Source of the DNA: a virus
Lineage: Duplodnaviria; Heunggongvirae; Uroviricota; Caudoviricetes
Direction: 5' to 3' (one strand)
Length of the DNA stretch: 64,000 nucleotides
Virus record (IMG/VR): IMGVR_UViG_3300042890_003920
Each line of letters starts with the position of its first letter. Within the stretch, counting starts at the first letter, position 1. This document shows positions 37,700-45,190 of the stretch, piece after piece. A model generated the notes under the pieces. The model searched no databases. It worked only from the letters and a program-made list of their open reading frames with translations, and was not told where the DNA came from. The translations under genes and the position numbers were made by a program.

Positions 37700-38110
37700 A
37701 TGAAGTATTTAAAAAGTATTTTTGAGTCTAGGAGTGAAAAAGATCTTACTGAGTTACAAGATACTTGTGAGATGTATCTAGCTTATTTAATTGATAATGG
37801 ATTTCATGTTGAGATACAAGATTTTGATATAATAGATATAGACATTAGAAATGATTTAGATGCTAATGAGGAAGAAACTTTTAAATGGTCGGACGTAAAG
37901 GATCATGTGATACCTTTAATAACTTTATTTAAGAATGATCATTTTAGATATAAATTAAAAGAGACTGTTTTATTCTATAAGGGTAAGCCAGATGATATGG
38001 TGAGTATTTCTAATTTTAATTCTGGTAGACGCCACATAGGATTAGATGAGAATTTAGAATCAATAAAAGAAGATCAAGAAATAATTTGCTTAACAATAAG
38101 AGTTCGATAG
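37700..38110 (+). CDS. family-A protein
   Basis: MKYLKSIFES…DTCEMYLAYLIDNG…WSDVKDHVIPLI. Confidence 0.65.
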   Translation: MKYLKSIFESRSEKDLTELQDTCEMYLAYLIDNGFHVEIQDFDIIDIDIRNDLDANEEETFKWSDVKDHVIPLITLFKNDHFRYKLKETVLFYKGKPDDMVSISNFNSGRRHIGLDENLESIKEDQEIICLTIRVR

Positions 38111-38111
38111 T

Positions 38112-38558
38112 ATGAGATATTTAAGAAAATTTGAGAATTTACAGGATAGATTTACCACTGATGAATTGTCTGAAATAAGGAATAAGTGTGAGATGTATCT
38201 GGCTTATTTAGTTGATAATGGATTTGATATTGATATAGATAATACAGAAAGTACTCATAGTTGTATAGATATAACACAATCTAATACACTGGATGCTAAA
38301 CTACATTTTACTGAAACTGGTGATGGTGTATCTTGGTCAGAAATAAAGGATAATATTATTCCTTTAATTTCTTTATTTATGAAAGGTGACTTTGATTGTC
38401 AATTATTAAATATAGAATTTTTCTTTTGGAGAAAAAGACCTATACTAGTGGAAGCTGAAGATTTTGAGGATTTTATTAATGATAGACCTCATTCATTTTC
38501 ATTGAAAGATTTAGAAGGTAATGGTATATCGTGTATAACATTAGAAATAAAGAAATAA
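38112..38558 (+). CDS. family-A protein
   Basis: MRYLRKFENL…NKCEMYLAYLVDNG…WSEIKDNIIPLI. Confidence 0.65.
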   Translation: MRYLRKFENLQDRFTTDELSEIRNKCEMYLAYLVDNGFDIDIDNTESTHSCIDITQSNTLDAKLHFTETGDGVSWSEIKDNIIPLISLFMKGDFDCQLLNIEFFFWRKRPILVEAEDFEDFINDRPHSFSLKDLEGNGISCITLEIKK

Positions 38559-38560
38559 GT

Positions 38561-39031
38561 ATGAGATATTTAAAAAAATTTTTTGAGAGTTTTGAAGAAA
38601 ATGTATTACAAGACTTCTGTGAAACCCATCTAGCTTATTTGTTAGATGAAGGATATGAATTATATATTGGTGATGAACGTGGTAAGAAAACAATCAGTAT
38701 AACTATACCGAGTGATGTAAGTGATGAAGATGGTGAGTATGATACTGGTGAATTTGAATGGAATAATGTTAAAGATCATTACATAACATTTTTAACACAT
38801 TTGAATAATAAGTATAACGTTGTTCCTTATTTTGATCAAAACTCTTTTGTAGCGTACGATTGGTTTACGAGAGATGAAAAAGATGTCGTCGAATTTTTTA
38901 CTAACTCTGCCGGAGTGAAGCCAGGAGAAGAACAATATAGACATTATTATTCAGTACAAGAAGTACTTGATGATAAACCTTCAGAATTAGATAGTTGTTT
39001 ATATGAAATAACTGTAAAGGTGCAATTATAA
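38561..39031 (+). CDS. family-A protein (start MRYLKKFFES)
   Basis: family motifs; ORF-track N-extension rejected. Confidence 0.65.
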   Translation: MRYLKKFFESFEENVLQDFCETHLAYLLDEGYELYIGDERGKKTISITIPSDVSDEDGEYDTGEFEWNNVKDHYITFLTHLNNKYNVVPYFDQNSFVAYDWFTRDEKDVVEFFTNSAGVKPGEEQYRHYYSVQEVLDDKPSELDSCLYEITVKVQL

Positions 39032-39682
39032 TATTGGTTTATAAACGGTATTTACAAATACCATTTTTTCGTTACTATTGTATATTAGTTGTTTATAAGG
39101 TTCATAATTGATTGATTTCATAAAGTTATTATAATCTACTGCTCTCGTATCTATCTCTAGTACTATGATAGGTTTGTCTCTTTCTATAAGCTCTTTAGCA
39201 CCTTTTAAAGCATTAAACTCATATCCTTCGAGGTCTAAATGTATTAAATCGATTTTTTCAATAAGAAAATCATCTAATTTGATCATATCTATTCTAATAC
39301 CTTCTCCGATTTCACTTCGAGGTCCCATTTCTAATCCTGATTCATCGATATGTTTTAGACTACTTTTACAATTACTTTCACCTAAAGCTTGTTTATATAA
39401 GCTAACATTGGTTAAATTATTTAGTACTATTGTTTGTAAAGTACATTTGTGCATTAAAGGATTAGGCTCAAAAACAAATACTCGATTACAATCTTTTAGT
39501 GCTGGTAGAAAATCACCAAATCCGGAACCTGCGTGTATAACATTTCCACCAATTGATTTTATGTATTCGATTGTAGTTTCTTCGTGAACACCACCGTCTA
39601 TAATAGTTTGAGCGGTATATGTGTATTTGATTTCTTCGGGTATTACGTATACTCCGTATTTATTCTGTGCTTTTAACATCAT
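39026..39682 (-). CDS. FkbM-family methyltransferase
   Basis: …NVIHAGSGFGDF…VFVFEPNP…IHLDLEGYEFNALKGAKELI…. Confidence 0.65.
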   Translation of the reverse strand: MMLKAQNKYGVYVIPEEIKYTYTAQTIIDGGVHEETTIEYIKSIGGNVIHAGSGFGDFLPALKDCNRVFVFEPNPLMHKCTLQTIVLNNLTNVSLYKQALGESNCKSSLKHIDESGLEMGPRSEIGEGIRIDMIKLDDFLIEKIDLIHLDLEGYEFNALKGAKELIERDKPIIVLEIDTRAVDYNNFMKSINYEPYKQLIYNSNEKMVFVNTVYKPIL

Positions 39683-39690
39683 ATTATTTG

Positions 39691-39772
39691 ATATTGGGAT
39701 AGGACTCGAACCTACAACGATACAACCTTTGAAAGGATGACATGCCTTTTTGCCATTACGTACTACCCAATA
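39691..39772 (-). tRNA. tRNA-like element (perfect acceptor and T-arm; other arms non-canonical)
   Basis: acceptor TATTGGG/CCCAATA, T-arm GTAGG-TTCGAGT-CCTAT; one fold places UCA in the anticodon position. Confidence 0.45.
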
Positions 39773-39782
39773 ATTGTTCTAT

Positions 39783-40043
39783 TTAATCAGTAAGAACTTC
39801 TGTTTCATCACCAGTGATTTTGTTTTTAACAATCTCTTGATCCATTAATTCATCCCATAGTGAATAGTAGTTATCAGTATCTTCTCCTTCTTTATACATA
39901 TCAGAAGAATTCCATTTGATGTAATCTTTTGCTTCTTCTTCGGACATTCCTTTTAATTCATGGTAGTCCTCAGTATTGATTATAAGTTCATCCCTTACTA
40001 TATAAGTGGTGAAGTATTCTGTTGCTTGTGCTTTAATTTCCAT
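39783..40043 (-). CDS. acidic family-C protein
   Basis: ATEYFTTYIVRDELIINTEDYHELKGMSEEEAKDY. Confidence 0.5.
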   Translation of the reverse strand: MEIKAQATEYFTTYIVRDELIINTEDYHELKGMSEEEAKDYIKWNSSDMYKEGEDTDNYYSLWDELMDQEIVKNKITGDETEVLTD

Positions 40044-40045
40044 TA

Positions 40046-40339
40046 TTAGAACATTTCTAATTGAGCATTGATTTCTTGAGTCTCATTTGTGATTTTATCT
40101 CTACGGATATCTTGATCATTAAGTTCATCTGCCAATGAATCATACATATCTGGATTTGTTGATGGCATTTCCCATGCATTAGACTCAACATAGTCAATTG
40201 CTTCTTCTGCACTCATACCTTCCAATTCTGGATAATCTTCAATGTTTAATTCAATAGGTTCTCTAGTGATAGATGTTTCGTAATACTCAGTTGCGAATAC
40301 TGCGATTGTTTTCTGGGTTGTTTCTGTTTGTTCTGACAT
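40046..40339 (-). CDS. acidic family-C protein
   Basis: ATEYYETSITREPIELNIEDYPELEGMSAEEAIDY. Confidence 0.5.
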   Translation of the reverse strand: MSEQTETTQKTIAVFATEYYETSITREPIELNIEDYPELEGMSAEEAIDYVESNAWEMPSTNPDMYDSLADELNDQDIRRDKITNETQEINAQLEMF

Positions 40340-40541
40340 AATTTATATTTGTTTTAATTGTTACGTTGTTTAGATTTCGTGTATAGGTTTTCAGATTTCT
40401 TTTGAAGAGAACCGTCACGAACCGCCATTTCGGCAATGAGTTTAGAAAATTTATTTGTTGTTAGTAGAAGACCTGAGCCAGACACTATGAAACCTAACTT
40501 TCTGAAAATGTAATTTATCATTATATTATATTGTTGAAAAT

Positions 40542-40748
40542 TTATTTGTTTAGTAAATCATTTAATAATTTATCTCTTTTTTCTTCAATTGGTTCAAAAC
40601 GATCTTTAGTGAACCAAAAGTTTCTACCTAAATCATCAATTATTCGGTAGCCAATCGTATCTATATCAGTTAGTTGATAGTAAGCATCTATTCTTAATCC
40701 TTTTAATCTACCTACACCATCATGATCTTTAATACATTTAACTTTCAT
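40542..40748 (-). CDS. family-B small protein (MKVKCIKDHDG…EEKRDKLLNDLLNK)
   Basis: family motifs. Confidence 0.6.
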   Translation of the reverse strand: MKVKCIKDHDGVGRLKGLRIDAYYQLTDIDTIGYRIIDDLGRNFWFTKDRFEPIEEKRDKLLNDLLNK

Positions 40749-40753
40749 TGGAC

Positions 40754-42214
40754 TTATCTTTTTATTTTATAAGTTGTTATTGTATCGTTACTTATTGATT
40801 TTACAATATAGATACCTTGTTGTAGATCATCTATATTATCTCCGACAAAAACACCCGACATATCAAATATCTTTACAGAATTTACTTTAGCAGCAACAGT
40901 GTTTACTACAACAGTTTGAAATAAATCATTATATCCTTTAGTTGGTACCCAAGTATTTATGTTGGCAAATTGTATAGCATAATTTACATTTGTACTATTT
41001 GGATCTGGTATATGAAGGTAAAGCTTGTAAGTACCGATTGGTAGATTATAGTTTAGTGGTACACTAATTGTTTTAGTAGTGCCTTCTAACCATTGATTGG
41101 GACTACTGACTTCAAATTTATATTCTGTTCCTAATGTATTTTGAAAAATCAAAAAAACTTTTCTTGTTTTGAAAACATTGGCCCAACCAGTATTCTTAAT
41201 ATTTACTGTTAAAACATTATTAGTTATATTAGAATTGACCAATTCATATCTATATCCTAATTTCTTTTGTATTTCAGTAAAACATCCATTAGTTTGCCAG
41301 TTTGATATAACTGTTGGGAAATAATCTTTATTGATAAGACTCCAATTATATCTATTTAGTTCTATCATAGCGTTAGCACAATCTGTTCTTGGAGCGTTAA
41401 CCATATTTGATTCCCCACTTACCGGATTGTTTACTGTATTGGTTTGCCAATATGTTACATCAGCAGCAGATGGTGTACCATATTTTGAACTAACATTGAA
41501 TGTACCACTATCACCCCATGTTCCTAAGAAGCTGTCATTGTAAAATCCAATTCTGCCTACAAAAGTATTTCCATACATTTTTTGTTTAGCAAAAACATAT
41601 CTAACTTGTAACGGAATAGAAGAATCAAATGAACTAATCATTGAATCCATTACTTTTTTTCTATTATTCCATTGTGTAGTTGTCAATACTGTAAAATTAC
41701 CATCCCCAAATTCTGATGATCCAGTGTAGTACCATTCACCATACCTACCTATAAACCCAGCTTGTATACTAACAATGACATCTTTATTAGCATTTATTAC
41801 TGGTGATAATTGTTGTATATGTGCTAGAATTTGATTTTTGGTTGGTTGATATACTGTAGCTGAACTAGACGTATATGTAAATCTAACAATCACTTTAGCA
41901 CCCGCTGCTCTGATTCTATTAAAATCAGTTTGCATGTTAGCTAGGTATGTAGAAGTAATTGGAGTACCAGTAATGAAAGGTCTCAAAAAGAATTGTCTTT
42001 GTATTACGGTTATGTTTTCGGTAGTTCGGTAACCTTCTAAAGTTGATTGGTTTATTAGGTTATATCCACCAGATGAACCAGTAGATGTGTAATGGTAGAA
42101 TCCTACTTCAGGATTGTTGATTACTAGATTTGATGTAAGATAAGTTACATTTTGTGAGTTGATTACATTGAATGTAATTAGGAATAATATTATTCCAAAG
42201 ATTTTAGATTTCAT
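40754..42214 (-). CDS. secreted DUF4832/DUF4874-like (glycoside-hydrolase-like) protein with T9SS C-terminal sorting domain
   Basis: signal peptide MKSKIFGIILFLITFNVINSQ; C-terminus …VKIFDMSGVFVGDN…GIYIVKS…TYKIKR resembles Bacteroidota type-A CTD. Confidence 0.55.
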   Translation of the reverse strand: MKSKIFGIILFLITFNVINSQNVTYLTSNLVINNPEVGFYHYTSTGSSGGYNLINQSTLEGYRTTENITVIQRQFFLRPFITGTPITSTYLANMQTDFNRIRAAGAKVIVRFTYTSSSATVYQPTKNQILAHIQQLSPVINANKDVIVSIQAGFIGRYGEWYYTGSSEFGDGNFTVLTTTQWNNRKKVMDSMISSFDSSIPLQVRYVFAKQKMYGNTFVGRIGFYNDSFLGTWGDSGTFNVSSKYGTPSAADVTYWQTNTVNNPVSGESNMVNAPRTDCANAMIELNRYNWSLINKDYFPTVISNWQTNGCFTEIQKKLGYRYELVNSNITNNVLTVNIKNTGWANVFKTRKVFLIFQNTLGTEYKFEVSSPNQWLEGTTKTISVPLNYNLPIGTYKLYLHIPDPNSTNVNYAIQFANINTWVPTKGYNDLFQTVVVNTVAAKVNSVKIFDMSGVFVGDNIDDLQQGIYIVKSISNDTITTYKIKR

Positions 42215-42257
42215 TTTTATTGGATATTTTTATAATTGTTTAACAATCAAATATATA

Positions 42258-42641
42258 TTATTTTTCTATCAGTTTCAATTCAATGAAATCTATTGGCTCG
42301 GTAATTGATGTCTTACTGAATGACTTTAAATCAAAGTAAAGTGTTTTTACTAAACTACCTTGTTTGTGTGAGTAGATTGTTATTAAAACCGGTTCAGTTT
42401 CTACTTCAAATTCTACTATAAAATTTTGAAGGAAACTAACCAATCTATCTTTATAAGTATTTAAGTTATATGGTTTATAAACATAGGTTTCCGTACCAGG
42501 ACTATTATCAATAATACGTATAAGGTGTTGTGTGTATGGCTCGGGATTTGTATAACGATTTGAATTATTAGTCATAGTTAGATCGTTCAGATCATAATAA
42601 TCTAAAAATTCTTTACTAAACGAAATTATTTCTTTTAACAT
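42258..42641 (-). CDS. hypothetical protein
   Basis: ORF 127 aa. Confidence 0.5.
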   Translation of the reverse strand: MLKEIISFSKEFLDYYDLNDLTMTNNSNRYTNPEPYTQHLIRIIDNSPGTETYVYKPYNLNTYKDRLVSFLQNFIVEFEVETEPVLITIYSHKQGSLVKTLYFDLKSFSKTSITEPIDFIELKLIEK

Positions 42642-42886
42642 ATTTTCTTTTTATCTAACATTTTTCTAAGATTGGTCTTCCATTGTTCTACTGTAATAAA
42701 TCTATTTGTACTATACATATAAAATTCACCAGTATCATCTTTGACCTTCAAAAGATTATATGAATGTTCATTAATAAAGGGTTTTGCCTCATACTTCTTA
42801 CCTTTGGTAAGTCTATCTGATGGATTTATACAAACGAGTATCATTATAATAGTGTACATAATAAGATAAATACTAACCAACCCCAA
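42635..42886 (-). CDS. hypothetical small membrane protein
   Basis: ORF 83 aa. Confidence 0.4.
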   Translation of the reverse strand: MGLVSIYLIMYTIIMILVCINPSDRLTKGKKYEAKPFINEHSYNLLKVKDDTGEFYMYSTNRFITVEQWKTNLRKMLDKKKIC

Positions 42887-42992
42887 CCGTCCAAGTCATT
42901 ACAAGCCAATATTACTATACCTGCAACTAATGCAATTTGTAGTAAAGTTTTATTATCGTAGTTTTTATTTGACATAGTTTATTTATTTTTTA

Positions 42993-43000
42993 CAAAGATA
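42993..43000 (-). promoter_or_regulatory. sigmaA-type -7 box TATCTTTG
   Basis: about 17 nt upstream of ATG at 42973..42975 of a 43-aa hydrophobic peptide ORF (42847..42975). Confidence 0.4.
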
Positions 43001-43013
43001 GAAATTTAATTTA

Positions 43014-43196
43014 TTAAAACCAATAATCTTGTTTCATTTTTATAAGTCCGGTAGAGTGAGTGAGTTCTATTCTGCCGAGTAATCGATTTATTTTTCTCAT
43101 ACGGTCATAGGTCTTTAAGTTCATACTTGCTCTAACAAGTTGTCCTTTTCTTAATCCTCCACTAAATTCAGTATTTCTAAACGGATTTCTAAACAT
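43014..43196 (-). CDS. hypothetical small basic protein
   Basis: ORF 60 aa. Confidence 0.4.
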   Translation of the reverse strand: MFRNPFRNTEFSGGLRKGQLVRASMNLKTYDRMRKINRLLGRIELTHSTGLIKMKQDYWF

Positions 43197-43404
43197 CTTT
43201 GATTACTTTTTTTATTTTTGTTCTACGAGTTGCAGATCTCCATTGTGATTTTACTTGGTTATAATCTGATTCTGTAATTTCCATAGATATAGAACCGCCA
43301 CATATACCAGAAGTTCTATATGATGCAGGTAAAGTACACATTGCACTATCCCAATTTACTGCGACTGATCCACCACATCTACTACATTGATAGTATTTAT
43401 CCAT
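43189..43404 (-). CDS. small zinc-ribbon-like protein
   Basis: CSRCGG…C…C spacing. Confidence 0.45.
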   Translation of the reverse strand: MDKYYQCSRCGGSVAVNWDSAMCTLPASYRTSGICGGSISMEITESDYNQVKSQWRSATRRTKIKKVIKDV

Positions 43405-43666
43405 TTAATATATTCTCTAAATTATAATCTCTCCATTGTTGTTTTGTCATAAATACTTTCGTTTGGTATACATCTTTATTACCACCTCTATCATTAGATA
43501 AGTTACTGTAAAAGTAATTGTCTATTTTTAATGTATGTAGATAACTATGTGATACTTCACCTTTATACCATTTATGTAAGGTTAGAAATCCTTCATATCC
43601 AGTATTATCAACACATATTAAATCTATCCTCTTTTGATCCATCTTAACCATATAAAGGTTGTCCAC
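43397..43666 (-). CDS. family-B-tail protein (…QQWRDYNLENILNG)
   Basis: tail motif. Confidence 0.5.
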   Translation of the reverse strand: MDNLYMVKMDQKRIDLICVDNTGYEGFLTLHKWYKGEVSHSYLHTLKIDNYFYSNLSNDRGGNKDVYQTKVFMTKQQWRDYNLENILNG

Positions 43667-43705
43667 GTTAGTAACCAGGTAATGAATTGTTTTTTAATTG
43701 ACATA

Positions 43706-44377
43706 TTATCTTAAATCAAATAATATAATTTCGGATTCAGTTGAGGTAACAATTTCTATTTTATCTTCTTCGATAAAGCTTAGTCCATCACCTTCAATCA
43801 AAGGTATGTTATTTATTATTACTTCACCTGAAATAACATATAGGTAATACTTACGAGTATTATTAAGTTCAAATGAAAAGTCTTGTGTGAATATACCTGA
43901 TAAAAATCTTGCGTCTTGTTTTATAGGTAATTTTTCGGTAACATCACAAAACTTATTAAGTTTATCTTCTCTGGTAAACTGATACCATTCGTGTATTGGT
44001 TCGGTATCAAGTTGATTAGGTCTAACCCATAATTGAAGATACCTATTAGGTTTATCTGATGCGTTTCCTTCGGTATGTTTTATTCCACTACCTGTGCTCA
44101 TTCTTTGTATAGAACCCGCTGGTATATCTAAAGTATTTCCATGACTATCAGTATGACGACAAACACCTTCTACTACATAACCGAATATTTCCATATTCTT
44201 ATGTTCGTGTATTGGAACGTGACCACCGGGTTGTACTCGATCATCATTGATTGTTTGTAAGTCACTAAAGTTCATATAACGAGCATCGTAGTAAGCAGGG
44301 AAACTGAATGTTCTATACGAATTGATCCAATCTGCTTTACGATTTCCTCTTGTATGTGCAGGTCTATGTATTATCAT
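43706..44377 (-). CDS. pirin-family cupin protein
   Basis: H.H…E…YV.EG…H.DS.GN…Q.M..G.GI.H.E.N.S…LQLWV.P pattern. Confidence 0.65.
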   Translation of the reverse strand: MIIHRPAHTRGNRKADWINSYRTFSFPAYYDARYMNFSDLQTINDDRVQPGGHVPIHEHKNMEIFGYVVEGVCRHTDSHGNTLDIPAGSIQRMSTGSGIKHTEGNASDKPNRYLQLWVRPNQLDTEPIHEWYQFTREDKLNKFCDVTEKLPIKQDARFLSGIFTQDFSFELNNTRKYYLYVISGEVIINNIPLIEGDGLSFIEEDKIEIVTSTESEIILFDLR

Positions 44378-44592
44378 TATAGAATTGGGAAGCTACCATT
44401 AGCTTCAGTCATTTGTTTTTTTAATTGGTTGAATGATTCTACCAATTCGTTTTTGATAAAAACATCACCTAGTCCAGAAAATTGAGATTCATTTCTAAAT
44501 TCTGAATCTGGAAATTGATCAAGGAATCCTTGTTCTGAAATTTGTTGAAATGTTGATTTCATTGTTTTACCTACTTTTACTAACTCGCTCAT
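44377..44592 (-). CDS. hypothetical protein
   Basis: ORF 71 aa. Confidence 0.45.
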   Translation of the reverse strand: MSELVKVGKTMKSTFQQISEQGFLDQFPDSEFRNESQFSGLGDVFIKNELVESFNQLKKQMTEANGSFPIL

Positions 44593-44598
44593 AATTTT

Positions 44599-44868
44599 TT
44601 ATTTAGTTATTATATTTAATTTTATCTCTCTTGTTTCCTGTAATGAAATGTTTATATAAGCCCACCCATCAATTATATCTACCGGAACTTTTGTACCCAT
44701 TGATTTAATTGCTTTATCAACTTTAAATTCTATGATAACATCTTGTTTATCTGCGTTTATATATATAAATTCTTTTACTACTATTTCATATAAACGTATG
44801 TTATCAGATGAGTATACACCATAGTATTTACCATCTGGAACATCTAATTTATTTAATGATTTAGTCAT
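44599..44868 (-). CDS. hypothetical protein
   Basis: ORF 89 aa. Confidence 0.45.
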   Translation of the reverse strand: MTKSLNKLDVPDGKYYGVYSSDNIRLYEIVVKEFIYINADKQDVIIEFKVDKAIKSMGTKVPVDIIDGWAYINISLQETREIKLNIITK

Positions 44869-45083
44869 TATTGTTTAAAGTATTTACTACGTGCCAAAAT
44901 ATTTCCACTAATTGCTGATACAAAACCTATTGTATAGATAAACCAATTAGGATATCTAAATCCATAGTAATGACCTGTATCGATGTCATACGTCATAATA
45001 CTTAAAAGTAATGGTGATGTTAGTATAATATAGATACCAACTGTTAGTGCAAAAACTAACTTTAATGTTTTAAAATTTGTCAT
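44868..45083 (-). CDS. small membrane protein (start MTNFKTLK)
   Basis: -7 box TATCTTTG at 45103..45110 lies downstream of the ORF-track start, so the start is moved. Confidence 0.45.
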   Translation of the reverse strand: MTNFKTLKLVFALTVGIYIILTSPLLLSIMTYDIDTGHYYGFRYPNWFIYTIGFVSAISGNILARSKYFKQ

Positions 45084-45190
45084 ATTAAATAATTTAATCC
45101 TCCAAAGATACAATAAATATTTATTTTATTTAAAAAATATAGTTTTATATTTTATAATAATAATATATAATAAAAAAATAAGTAATTTTT

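Noticed and set aside
39691-39772. Whole-genome TGA (opal) recoding suggested by a possible UCA anticodon
   Set aside because: TGA functions as the stop in many ATGA gene overlaps throughout this window. The anticodon-arm fold is ambiguous, so this is kept only as a low-confidence finding.
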